A stretch of DNA of 64,000 nt from Marsupella aquatica (GCA_973895155.1 OZ316892.1:15912940-15976939); one strand, 5' to 3'. Positions 51,380-63,270 are shown, counted from the stretch's first letter. A program made the numbers and translations. Notes: generated by a model not told the origin, from the letters alone.

Positions 51380-54360
51380 CCGTGCGCGTTTTCCCTCTCC
51401 AAGATCAGTCGAACTTCTCCAATTGTGAGAATTGGTTGGTCAAAGTAGATTCCTCAACGTCTAGTTTGAAAACGGTCTAGAAAACCCAGTACAAATGTTT
51501 GCAAGGCATATATGGCTGTCTGTGAGAATGTTGACGGTAGAAATCCTCACACGAACATGTTGGGAAAATGCAAATCTGCACAAAGTAACTATTCGGCGTT
51601 CTTAGATTCTCATGCGTCTATACTTTGAATTGCTTCCCCCATGAGTTCCCTATAGAAACATCCCACTATCCCTGGACGGACATGGTCTCTTTTTGTGCAG
51701 ATTCAATCCTCTTCATGTGACCATGGGTCAAGGTCGATCGAGGAACCGTGTTCTTCCCATTCTGACTTCGGAGACGAACTGTGGGTTCCAGAAGATTGAC
51801 CCTCTCTGGAAATAAGTTGACATTGATTTGAAGGTCAAAAAGTGATGGTGGAGTTAGAGGACCGTGTCTTCCTTGGACTATAGGTAGTCCCTGGTCAACA
51901 AGATACTTCATCTCAGCTTCCAGAACATTTGTTCCTTTTATAGCAGGAAGAACATCAGGGAAGGAGGGCAGGTTTACTACACCACGACCGGGATGGCTCC
52001 TATATACTGTTTGGGAGAAAACCATCAATATTATTGTGTAATCATATGTTTGTCAAAATAAATGACTATATCTTGTCAGTCTATGAAAATTGATTACATT
52101 CTTTGGATGTGGTGCTCAGGAATTGAATGTTCAGGAATGGAATTGTATTGTACTTCTACAAGGGAAACCGACTTGCATATTACTAGCGCCAGGCGCTATT
52201 ACTCACCAAGCGAATAAAATTTCCCCATTGCCTCCAACGCACAACCCACCATGATATCCAACTCTGAAGCATACAAAGCTTTCCGGGGTAAAAATGAAAA
52301 GCGTCTGTCCGCTCCCGTTTAGGGTTTGGGTGCCCTCCAAAAAAAACATTCCGAACTGCTAACCATTCGGCTTGGGCATTGTCTGCCATAAAGCCATGAA
52401 TAGTTGGATTATCTAACCCATTCTCTTTGGATACCTCAGTCATTAGTCTCCAAGCCTTCTCAAAGGACTCTGTGTCTTCAGCTTTTAGCTCGCAAGTGAA
52501 TATCGTACACAACGCACAGTAGTTGTGATCGTAAACATGTGCGCTGAAAGTCACCCAATCCTTTGTCATTTGTTTCATGACATCGAAGCTTACCTAGGGA
52601 CCTTCAAGGCTCCCTCCAGGTTGCATTTGCCGCAAAAGATCCACCCTTGACCCATGGCCTTTGGAAGTCATCTTGAATATGTGAGGCCTGTCTTCTTGAG
52701 ACCTGGAAGGATGGACCTCTGGAGAAAAGGCATGTTGATATTCTTTTCAAAGTCAAAGTCAAAGTCAAAGTCAAATTCTAAGCTCCACGACGACCCAATG
52801 AGTCAAGGGAGCTGTGGCAAAAAAGCCAAATACAAAGCAAAGAATTGAGCCAAATGCTCATGTGAGGATCTCTACATCCTCACATGAGCATCGTTTCCTA
52901 TCCACTGCCATGATATACAATCCAAGTTGCTTTGGTGGCAACCTAAATAGATCATGCAGATCAGAAACAAGGATTTGATGTGCTATTCGAACCTCCTCAT
53001 ACCGTCTACATGCTATGAATACATGATATTCATTCTCAATGCTGCCACTATCACAAAGTCTACACACCCTATCCTGTCTCCTAATTCCCTTCCATCTACC
53101 CTCCTCTACCTCCAAGTGATGTGAGCTGAGTCTATATCTAGCAATCACTTGTCTCAATCTCATAGAAATGGGAGCTCTAAGATACTCTTGTTCTTCATAC
53201 AACACATCATGGGGTTTACATCCCTCATAAAATATTGTAATCTAGGGCTAGGATCACTCCAAAGTTTTCTAATAGCTTTATCACGCAAGAGTGACCAAAG
53301 CTTTTGATATCAAACTAGAAAATCCAACTCTCCATGAACTTTCTGGTCCTGCCTAACACTCCTGAAAAGAGATGCAAACTTCTGTGGAGTAGAAACTACC
53401 ATTAGAGACTGGAAAATTTATGTTTCTTCAATATCTTGAATATCACCCAGGCTCTCACACAAAGATTGTACAAAAGATGTCGTCGCTACATTTTTAATCC
53501 CGGCAGGCGTCGAAGTTGGATTACCTTCCAATTTCTTTTTTATGACATCTTCAACCACCATTTCCGCACTCCGAGAAAATACCTTGCGACAAGGATGGTT
53601 GTGCATACCCATATGAATCGCTAGGTGAGACATGTGACTACAGGTATCTGAGTCAAGCAAAACTTGAGGATACATATAAAACAATCTTGCAGAGCATGCC
53701 TCTACACAAAAAGGGATCTGCTGGCAATAATGACAAATGACTCCACCCTGGTCAATGAACGATCCAACACGGTGTGGCCCTCCAAGCTTAGGGGTACCAT
53801 CCCAGGCCTTTGCATTACTCCTCTTCTTTTGGCGGAAATAGTCACAAGTTTTATTCCTGCACTCAATAAATCCAGTACATGTAACTTTACACCAAATTCC
53901 TAGTATTTCTTGGGCTGCACGTTGCAGTGGTAGGAAATATTCTAGTCCAAATGTAGCAATCCTTGGACCGGTGCATGTCCCAGAGACGGGATCCTTTTGA
54001 AAGAATCCCTGGCGATGGAGGCAACTCAAACACTATGTTACCATTGTACTTTGGCGGCAAACAAGGTACTTGTTCATGCCAAAATTTTCCAGCCGCAATG
54101 AACCTCGAAAGTTTACTAGACCGATTTGACTTCAGCAACGCGTTCATTGCACTTCTCCGATACACAATCTGGGAATGCGACGATGGCTTCTCCTCCTTGA
54201 CCAAAACCATGTCAGGCGCTAGCGGCTCCACAAGGGGGATCCTTGGTGGCTCCTCCTCATCACTATCAGAAAGAGTGACCACATCCACCGGAGCCCTTGC
54301 TGGGGATTGATGGGGAGTGCCCATGTACAGATCAAAGACCGATATCCAGGTACATGTCAT
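51380..54360 (-). pseudogene. MULE-type transposase, copy 2
   Basis: YNGNIVFELPP, CHYCQQIPFCVEAC, HMGMHNHP, HVYDHNY, GFMADNA, TDAFH, WWVVRWRQWGNFIRL with the same intron donor, SWIM remnant ~51480-51580. Confidence 0.85.
52749..53303 (-). mobile_element. 5'-truncated RTE/RTEX-like LINE inserted in the copy-2 transposase
   Basis: Nearly identical to 44607-45192 apart from one indel; (TTTGAC)4 tail; TTGATAT on both sides as a possible TSD. Confidence 0.9.
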
Positions 54361-54470
54361 TACATCACTTCTTTATTGTTTGTGCCCGACGCTACTTTGG
54401 TGTTTGTTGTAGTCCTCGAGACATTGCCCATCGATTGATAATTTTACAATTTGGATTGCGATGCGTGCAG

Positions 54471-55375
54471 GTATTTACCCTCAGGCTTGACATATTTTGC
54501 CGGATTTCAAGGGAAAAGGTACCAAAAGAATCCAAGGTTTAAGCCTTTATCAATAACCAAAGATCCTTCGATCTCTAACTTGATTGGGCTTCCAACTTTG
54601 AAGACAGATCATTGCAGTCGATTATAGAGCTTTTTACTCTCCCCAAAGATATTGTCCTTGACTGGACTGTAGGTTCAGGAAGCACATTCATTGCTGGGGA
54701 TTTTTCTGGTCGTTTTGTGATTGGGTTGGAAAATAGGCGTGATTTTGTTGAGTCTGCATCAAGGGTTTTCTTAGAACTTCTTGATCCCAAACATGTTCCG
54801 ATACTGCCTCCTCCCCCGACCCATATAAGTGGTTGCAAAAAGAAAGATAGGCTCTCATCTGTTCTGAACTTTGATTCCGATGAAGAGGAAGATACTCCTG
54901 GAGATGTTGGAGGTGGCATAGAGAAAACCCAGGAGGAAGAATCTTTGGAGAAGAGCAAAGACTCGACGAGTAAATTTTGTCCAGTAAGCTTCTTTATCCT
55001 TTTGAGAGTTGTTTACAATTCTGGGTTCTTATTCTCTCTTCCCAAATACTTATTTTTTTCCAGTTTACTGGATCAGGTCAGAATGGAATCTGAGGAAGTG
55101 TTTCCAACTCCGGAGGAGACTAGCTAGGAATGTAATTGTCACTCCTGAAAAACCGTTTGTTTTGCCCTCATACTCCAAAAATGTCGTGAGGAGGGTTGAC
55201 AAAATTAGAACACTTTGTTGGGAAACAAAAGGTCTTTGTCTTCAGAGGGGAGCAGACAGGAAGTTCATGAGGAACCCTTATATAGATGATCTCAAAGAAA
55301 GTACATTGATGACGAGGCCGAGTCCACAGACAGATCTGAAAGCTCTGGATCTGAAACATCGGATAGTTTATAAGT
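54471..55375 (+). pseudogene. Methyltransferase-like gene, copy 2 (last two exons)
   Basis: SIIELFTLPKDIVLDWTVGSGSTFIAGDFSGRFVIGLENR; final exon SEWNL...TPEKPFVLPSY...RGADRKF homologous to 26697-27021. Confidence 0.8.
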
Positions 55376-58070
55376 AGCAAGGGGGCTAGCTTCAAATACC
55401 TGATTGAAGGTTTCAATATGTAAACTTTTTATCACAATGGCCAATTTTTGGCCCTTTTAAGTTTAAAGTGACTTCATTGTCACTAGCGCCAGGCGCTCCT
55501 CAAATACACAGTCACTCTTGTATTTTAATTTCCTAGCCTTGAAGTTGATTTGTAAAGCCGTATCCTCAGTACAAATGTTTGCTAGCGCTAGGCGCTCCCC
55601 AATTTTCTGAGGGGACTTTGTCGTGGAGTCTCTCTAGGTTTTGGTTGCAAAAATGTTTTTGTTTCCATTTTGATTTTGTCGTATTCGATGAACGGTCTTT
55701 CAACGGTCAGGGTTCAATGTCCCTTATTTATGGATTTTGTGTTGCGGTAGTTTGGTATTACTTCAGGACCTTTCACATTATCCCCGGCTTTCATGCTTGC
55801 GCATTTTGTTCGAAGTGCTATGAAATCACTTCAATCTCATTTTCTTTTCAATGGGAAACCGCGGTGAGGGCTTGAGGGATATTTGGGGAATACGTGGTAG
55901 CGTCAAGGATGCGAGAGACCCAAAGCAACTTCATCCAACTCAAGTACTAGTTAACTGTACATATAGTTTTGATTGCTTGGACCCACATCTTCAATCATAG
56001 TTTACGTAGTCTGATTTTATATAGGCCGCCTTTTGTTTTCTTGTTGGATGCATAACATTTCATAACCCCCTTCATTAAATATCCTCCTAGTGTGCAATTG
56101 GTATATATTATCAACTCTTTGCAGCGCCCGGCATGAGCATTATCCTTGGAGGATAGTGCTCATTTCCATGCAAAAATTCACAATTTTGATACTTTTACCT
56201 TTTTGACAGCGAGAACTCTTGTTACCAGTTTTTGTTATTAACTCCTGTTTGTTGCTTTGGTGTCTTTTGTAAACACCTTGCCTTGGGCCAACGCCTCATG
56301 GTGCACATACCTTGCCAATTGTTTGAATGGAAAGACAACAGTGTAGTGGTTGTACTTGAGCTCCAACTCATACACAACTCTATAAAATGCTACTTTGAAT
56401 TCCCGTAGAGAAATGGTGCCAGGCTGGCCACTAAACTTCCCAATTTTGCTGGATGAGTTGCTAGCCTCCATTCTGTACACTGGTGGAATTGTTGATGTTG
56501 ACAATGGAGCTGGGAATGTGTTGGTCAGAGCTGAAAGGGGTGTACAAACCTGATTGTGGTTGAATAGACAATTGAGAAACCTGATATGATGTAGGTGTTG
56601 GAATCACCTGATGTGAGCTTCCTGCCCCAACAGATCCAGAAGAAGGATTCTGGGTGTGTCTCCTTCTAAATGATCTAGCTGATTTGAGAGGGATAGTCTC
56701 TAACAGGTGTCAGTCACTTTGGAGATGGATGGCACCAGGATCCTTGTTAGAGTCACCTGAGCTCATGCTGATGTGACATGCTCAAAGAGATCACTCAGTA
56801 TTCCTCTAAACTTCAAAATAGAGACCAAATCCCTAAAATCTGCATGAAGGTGTTTCAACTCTTCAACACATATTTCTCTTGCTAATAGATAACAATATGT
56901 GAGATAATCATGAGAAGATGAAGCACTAAAAAACACTCCTAATGAGCCCTTACATGCCCCAAGTCATTGAAGCAAACAGTAAAGATCAAAGTCAGAAATT
57001 TGCAAAATTATCCCAAATTTGCGTTTCAGTGAAGTCAAAATGTTGGCAACTGTATCTCACTTGCTAGAGCTTTGTTTTCAGAGTTCTTATATCAATCTTG
57101 TACGCCTCAATGAGAGCTTTCCAACCATGCTAAAAGCTCCTACTCTCGTCAAATGGTTGAAGAGTTATGACCAGAAGCGCTCAAAATGGCGTTTTGAGAA
57201 CTAACGATGACATGAAAGCTTGTGTTAGGCTTGTCCTAACAAGCGTGCACAGAGCATGGTGGTGGGCAATGATAACCATGCACTCTTGCACGACATTATA
57301 GAGCTTTGCCACTAGATCTTAGATTTTTTACCACGCTCAATACATTATGGTCAGATTAGAATGTTGCTAGATGGAATTATTGTTGAATTGGGGGATTGAA
57401 TCTTTCTACTAGTAGTATCATAATAACCGTTGAAATAGGCTGACAAAGTTCTACAATGCATTGTTTCCCCCATTTCTTACCCCTTAGGATCGCTTTTGCC
57501 TTTTGGGCATGGTTTCCCTCTTTGTGGGGTTCAAGCGGAATAAATGGAAATTTTAAAATTGTTGGTAATGGTAATGGTAATGTATTATAAGCTCCGGGAC
57601 CATGAAAGTCAAAGGAGCTGCCACAAAAAGTAAAGTACAATGCAATCAAAGAAAAGAGCAACCAAAAGAGATTGCTCAGAAGAGGACAACTATGTCCTCA
57701 AAGAAACTATGGACCTAGAGAGCCCTATGGACCTAGAGAGCCCTGAAAGATTTTCCAAACCTATTCTCCTTTCCCTATCCACCGCAAAGATATATCTTCC
57801 AAGTTGTTGAGGGGGCAGACCAAACAATGCATACAAATCTTTCACCAAGATTTGAGATGCCATCCTAACCCCCTCATAAAACTTGCAAGCAATGAATACA
57901 TGATATTCATTCTCTATACTAGAGCTATCACATAGTTGACAAACCCTCTTTTTCCTGTCAATATCCTTCCATCTCCCTTGTTCTACTTCAAGGTGGTGTG
58001 AGCTTAGTCTATACTGAGCAATAAGTTGTCTAAGTTGTACTGAGATAGTGCTAGATAAGTATTCTTGTTC

Positions 58071-60911
58071 TCAATATTTCTTCATGGGGTTCACATCTCT
58101 CATGTAGTATTGCTGCCGTGGGCTAGGTTCATGCCAAAGTTTGTGCAAAGCCTTTTGCTCAAGTTTTGCTCTTAGCTTGGTTGGATGTGTTGGCCATTCA
58201 TGTTCAGGAAAATCCCAAGCATGGGCCCACCTGCACACATCTGCATACCACCCTTTAGCTGAAGATGAGCGCAAGGCATGAAAAGGAAATCTGTTTTCCT
58301 CCAACTCTCTTACACGCATGATGTATTTGAGTGTGTGGAAGAGTGCCTCCACCTCCAAAGGAAACAAGCCTGCCTCTGCAAGTGTAAGTGCATATGGGGT
58401 TTGTGACTTGATCCCAAGCTCCATCTCAAGAAATAGCTTTTGCAGCCCCTCAATCTGTTGCCACCCAGATTTAGACACACCTGCTCCCCAAATTGGTGCT
58501 CCATAAAGAATGACTGGTTTCACCAAAGCTCCAAAGAGATGTTTCCTTAACCTCCAAGTGTGTAGACCAGCTCTTTTGCATTTGTTCATGAATGCATAAA
58601 AAGCTCTGTACCCATTGGCAGCCCTAGATTTTACACATGAGGCCCAACTCAAGTTTTGAGAGAACTCCACCCCAAGGTATTTGTAGGTCCTCACAAATTC
58701 CACCAGATTCCCTTGGAAGTAGAGCTCTGGATTTTGTCGTGTGCCAATGCCCAAACACTTGGTCTTCTTGAGGTTGACTACCATCCCTGTTGCTTGACAA
58801 AACTCCTCCAAGGCATTGAGATGTCTTTGCAAAGCTTCTTGAGCATGAGCAAGTAGGACCACATCATCTGCAAATATAAGAAGTTGGAGGACAAACCTAC
58901 CCAATTGAGTGCCAACTCCACCATACTCCTCCAAAATGTTGTGTAGCTGATCAATGAAGATGCCAAAGAGAGTTGGTGAGAGAGGACAACCTTGGATCAC
59001 CCCAAGAGTGCTCCAGATTTCTTCAGAGGTTTCCTTTGAAAGTTTGATGCGCACTTCTTGGTACAATTTAGAAACAGCCAACCTGAGCTCTTCAGGCACT
59101 TCCAACTCCACCATCCTATCCCAAAGCTTGGATCGGGAAACTTTGTCAAAGGCCTTGGAGAAGTCCACAAACAAGCAAAATAATGGTTTATGTGGAGATT
59201 TGGCCTTTTCACACAACACCCTCAAGCAGAGAATGTGATCCATAGTGCTGAATTCTCTCCTAAAACCTGCTTGTGAAGGTGCCCTTTTCATCTCACTCTC
59301 CAACCAAGAGCTTAATCTGGCTTCAAGTAGTCCTCCCAAAACTTTAGCAAAAGTATTGCCTACCATGATGGTTCTGTAGTTGTGCACATCGTCCTTGTTG
59401 CCTGCCTTGAAGATAGGCACCACTCTTCTGGTCATCCAAGCTTTAGGTAAACCTAAAGCCATTGCTTGATTCAGCTCATGCACCAAGTTTGTTAGTAAAG
59501 AGGGTCCTCCCCACAAAAGAAGCTCCAAGTTCAGGCCCAACAGATCTTTAGCTTTCCCATGTTGCATGTGGGAAAGATGCACCTTCACCTCCCTCTCTGT
59601 AAACTGAATGGTGTCCCCAAGGGGCAAAGGCATGCCACTAGCATCTGGAAAGAAATACAAGGATGTGACATAGGTTACCAGGTCCTGGTGATCCAAGGGG
59701 GGAGTAGTCTTGCCTGATTGCATTCTCTCCCAAAAACGTTTTGGATATTTGATGAACTCCTCACATAGTGATTGTTGATGACTCTTCAAGAAGCACCTCT
59801 TCTTGTGTTTGATGAAGTTCTTGTACATAGTGAATGCCAAAAGTCTCTTTTCCCCTGAATGTGATCTTGCTTGCATCCTTGCTCTAGCACAATCCTCGTC
59901 AAACCAAGCCTTCATGTTTTGCTTTCTAGGGGGTTTGGTGGAGAAAGTAGAGGCTGCTGCTTGTGCTATGACTTCTGAGAGCTCAATCTGATCATCCAGG
60001 GTATGGAGAAGATGTTCAAAGTTGGCTTTGAAGATGACTTCTCTATCAGGGTCTAGAAACAGAGGTTTGGGTACTGGCTTTCTATGCACTTTGTTTGGGA
60101 TTGTGGTCAGGTCAAGATGGAACAACAAAGGCAAGTGTGAAGACTCTGGTTGTTGATCAAGTATTTGAAAGTCAACCACTCTAGTGGCAGAGGTAGGTGA
60201 GGCAAGAAGGTAATCAATGGTACTACATCCTTGTTTAGATCTAAAAGTGTAACCAGATGATTGGGGAAATCTCTCAAGCCCATTCAATATTCTTAGATTA
60301 CAAGAAGCTCCCAAATGCAAAAAGTGACGTGTCATGTCATTTGTTCTGGTGTCAAGAGCCTCTCTCACCCAAGGTATCTCTTCACTACATGATGACCAAG
60401 GTAAAGTTCCTAAGTCCTCACTTTCAGTAAATTGTTCATTAGATACCCTGGCATTAAAGTCCCCCACTATCCATGTCTCCCCTAGTGGTGATATATCATG
60501 AATGACTTGGATTAACCTATGAAATGGATAATGTGCATCAGCAATTCCCATCTTATAGACATTCATATTAAGGGGAGCAAAGTAGGTGACAATCAGAAAT
60601 GATGGAGTACCTCTGGTATGAAGTCTCACCACCATGAACTGCTTGCTGGGATCTTCATATTCAATAGAGGTGATGTGTTGAAGTTGATTCTTGGTGTAGA
60701 CAGCAATGCCTCCAAACCCTCTTCCCCGTGTGGTCTTCTTCTCATTGAAGATGGATTGTATGCAAGTAAAGCCTTTAATGCTAGGTAGAGCATTTCCCTC
60801 ATATTCCCAAGTCTCCGTGAAAAGCAAGATGTCAAAATTCTCAAACAAAGGTTCCCCTCCAATTGCTGTTTCTATGGAAAGTCCTGAAACATTCCATGCC
60901 ATGACTCTCAA
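58071..60911 (-). CDS. LINE ORF2: AP endonuclease plus reverse transcriptase (946 aa; one in-frame stop before the C-terminal zinc-finger region that continues to ~57760)
   Basis: WNVSG, TETW, GDFNA, IDY, SSH; QAGFR, DFSKAFD, GVIQGCPLSP, FADD, YKYLG; frame continues EQEYL...RLSSHHLEVE after the TGA. Confidence 0.93.
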   Translation of the reverse strand: MRVMAWNVSGLSIETAIGGEPLFENFDILLFTETWEYEGNALPSIKGFTCIQSIFNEKKTTRGRGFGGIAVYTKNQLQHITSIEYEDPSKQFMVVRLHTRGTPSFLIVTYFAPLNMNVYKMGIADAHYPFHRLIQVIHDISPLGETWIVGDFNARVSNEQFTESEDLGTLPWSSCSEEIPWVREALDTRTNDMTRHFLHLGASCNLRILNGLERFPQSSGYTFRSKQGCSTIDYLLASPTSATRVVDFQILDQQPESSHLPLLFHLDLTTIPNKVHRKPVPKPLFLDPDREVIFKANFEHLLHTLDDQIELSEVIAQAAASTFSTKPPRKQNMKAWFDEDCARARMQARSHSGEKRLLAFTMYKNFIKHKKRCFLKSHQQSLCEEFIKYPKRFWERMQSGKTTPPLDHQDLVTYVTSLYFFPDASGMPLPLGDTIQFTEREVKVHLSHMQHGKAKDLLGLNLELLLWGGPSLLTNLVHELNQAMALGLPKAWMTRRVVPIFKAGNKDDVHNYRTIMVGNTFAKVLGGLLEARLSSWLESEMKRAPSQAGFRREFSTMDHILCLRVLCEKAKSPHKPLFCLFVDFSKAFDKVSRSKLWDRMVELEVPEELRLAVSKLYQEVRIKLSKETSEEIWSTLGVIQGCPLSPTLFGIFIDQLHNILEEYGGVGTQLGRFVLQLLIFADDVVLLAHAQEALQRHLNALEEFCQATGMVVNLKKTKCLGIGTRQNPELYFQGNLVEFVRTYKYLGVEFSQNLSWASCVKSRAANGYRAFYAFMNKCKRAGLHTWRLRKHLFGALVKPVILYGAPIWGAGVSKSGWQQIEGLQKLFLEMELGIKSQTPYALTLAEAGLFPLEVEALFHTLKYIMRVRELEENRFPFHALRSSSAKGWYADVCRWAHAWDFPEHEWPTHPTKLRAKLEQKALHKLWHEPSPRQQYYMRDVNPMKKY

Positions 60912-60923
60912 GGTCCCAATCCA

Positions 60924-61617
60924 TCATTTAGAAACAACTCTCTTCTTATTGGTAACAATAGCTTGTCCATTGCGCAAGTAGGCTACCAATCCTTGGTCTT
61001 TGGCTACCCTCACCTTCTCAAGCTCAATTTTCCTTGCTTGGACTTGTGTGGGAGTCAGATCATCATCCAACCAAATCCTTAGCCCTTTAAGCATGCTCCT
61101 GTTAGCCATCACTCTAGCTTTCTCGGATTCAGCTGCAAACTTCACCAAGATTGGACGTGGAAGGTCCCCCTTCTTTTGCCCAATCCTATATGCTTGCAAA
61201 ATGATAGGGTCATGCACTTTCATCTGAGATTGGAAGAATGAAATTGCTACCTTCTTGGTGTCTTCCTTCTCCTCCTCAACAAGGCCTGATATTTTGCAGT
61301 TGCTGACTCTTGCATGCTGGTTCTTGTGTTCTTCTTCTAGTGCTCTCCTCTCCTCCTCCTTGGCTTGGACAAATTCCATATGTGATTGTTTTGTAGCCTG
61401 TGCAAAGGTTTTGAGCTTCTCCTCAATCTCCCCTACAGCCTCATGTATCACTGATTTCTCTGGGACATACTCTTCTCCATGTCTCCAAAACACGATGCAA
61501 GCAATGAGAGTTGCTTACCATTCTCCTGAGTTTGAGATCGAAGATCACTAATCAACCTCTTTTGCTTGACATTCTCATTCTTTAGCTCCGTCACCTCCTT
61601 GCTGAGCGTGGTAATCT
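60924..61617 (-). pseudogene. LINE ORF1 remnant
   Basis: 189-aa ORF 60924-61493 immediately upstream of ORF2; matches 1-209. Confidence 0.8.
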
Positions 61618-61639
61618 TCTTTCTTCAATGTCTATACTA

Positions 61640-63220
61640 CCTAAACTTTAGTGTGCATTAACCTTATTTCATAATTGGCTGGTTGTATAGGGACTTGGTA
61701 CATGTTTGGGTATAGCTATGGATTGCAAACATCAGGCTATGGAGCTTGCCTTTCATGCGGACTAGATTTGGAGGGATTGGCAAGATGCAAGTCAAGTACT
61801 TTGCGTAAGATAGTTTACATTGGTCATACCAAATATCTTCCAGCAAACCATCCTTGGAGGTGTGATCATTTCTTGTATGACATTGATGAGGGCCAATCTA
61901 ATACTTGTCCTCAACCTCAGCAAAAAGATCCAACATATTGGAGAGAGGTATGGAAGAAAGTTCAAGACCCTGATGATCCATTGTAGTTTCTTCAATGTGG
62001 CATGACCCGTTTATCTGCATTATCATAGTTGCCATATTGGTCAGAGATACCCATAATCACTTGTTGGATCCGATGCACATTGAGGGAAATGTGGAGAGAT
62101 CATTGATTTGTCATCTATATGAGGAGAAGAATCACAACTGGAGAGAAAGTTGTGAGGAGATGGGGATGCATGGTCTTCTTGGTTTTTGACTATCTTTGGA
62201 CCCCCTGGTGATCCACCTAGCATCCATCCTCCTTGGGTCAAAACCAGGGCAAAGCACATAGAGTTTTGCACAAATTGGGTCAATGAGGTTTCCCACAGGT
62301 TATGGTGCCAATCTTTGCAGGGCATTTGGGGGGGGGGATGATTCTCAAAAATGGCCATCTTATTTGAAAACACATGATTTTCATCGGTTACTAGAGCATG
62401 TCATTCCAATTGCAATTATTGGATTGGGTAGTAAACCCTTTGGTCATTGGGCAAGCTTTTGAGATGGGTATGAGGTACCAGAGGATGACATTGCCGCAAT
62501 GGAGATATTTGAAGTAGAGGTTGTTTGCAAGTTGGAGAAGGCACTCCCCCCTCATTCTTTGATCTAGGTTCATTTTCTCATACACTCAGTGCGTGAGGCT
62601 GCAAATGCAGGCCATGTACATTGTTGATAGATGTATTGGGTAGAACATTACATGGGGGTGATACAGTCATACGTCTTTAATTGGGCTAGGGTGGAAGGTA
62701 GCATTGCCAAGCATCATCTTGGACCAGAGAGTATGTTTTATTGTACGAACATAGTTGCCACACTAGATCGAAATGCTCCTAGGAGATGGATAGCCGAGGC
62801 TACATGAGAGGCGGACTACGAGGATGATAGACTCACTGGGGCATCAAGAGAGCGTATCTAGACTCAGCAGAGCGTTTGCAACTCACAAGATTTATGTTGT
62901 TTAACTCACCAGAGGTTGTAGGGGAGTCGACAACATTTTATGAGGAGGAGAACCACAATAGTAGATGACCACGGTTATTTTCCAAGTTTCATCCATACAT
63001 GAAGTCAAAGCTGTTAGAAGTGGATTCCTTGGCTGGCCACAGGAGAGAGCATGTTACACTACCCACAAGTGACTGATAAGCTTCATACCTTGGTTCATGA
63101 CCCACTACTTATAGTCACAACTTGGACGACCATGTGATCCAAGGGGAGACATTTTTGTTTGGAAGGACTTGATGAAAAGAAGATAACTACACAAGATTTT
63201 GGAGTGATGATCTTTCACCC
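61640..63220 (+). pseudogene. CACTA (En/Spm) transposase remnant (Transposase_21/DUF4218-like)
   Basis: GYGACLSC, YIGHTKYLPANHPWR, LDPMHIEGNV, THDFHRL, MYWVEHYMG, RVEGSIA, TQDFGV; many stops. Confidence 0.85.
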
Positions 63221-63270
63221 AGGATGTTCTCACAAGTACTTAATCACCTTAATGGAACAACAAATTTCAA

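Larger units (their letters stand above)
50731..56279. mobile_element. Mutator-like DNA transposon, copy 2 (internally deleted)
   Basis: Ends GGGTATAGCCACTGAGACAGG... and ...TGTCTTTTGTAAACACCTT; same two genes in the same divergent layout as copy 1; no TSD found. Confidence 0.8.
43780..57370 (-). mobile_element. Degenerate Ty3/gypsy element (gag, zinc knuckle, C5-DNMT, RT, RNase H, integrase) hosting nested LINEs and a MULE
   Basis: Gag KFSGQPGTISLREFK (56238-56504) and QQKDETLKMMYQRL (49967-50272); CNY..NWDH...C knuckle; RT/RNase H/integrase at 43780-47400 closely similar to 5126-6754; upper boundary approximate. Confidence 0.85.
57563..61617 (-). mobile_element. Near-complete RTE/RTEX-like LINE (ORF1 5'-truncated plus ORF2)
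   Basis: Coiled-coil/RRM-like ORF1 (PRPILVKF, IWLDDDLT); ORF2 with APE and RT; (CATTAC)3 tail at 57563-57582. Confidence 0.92.
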
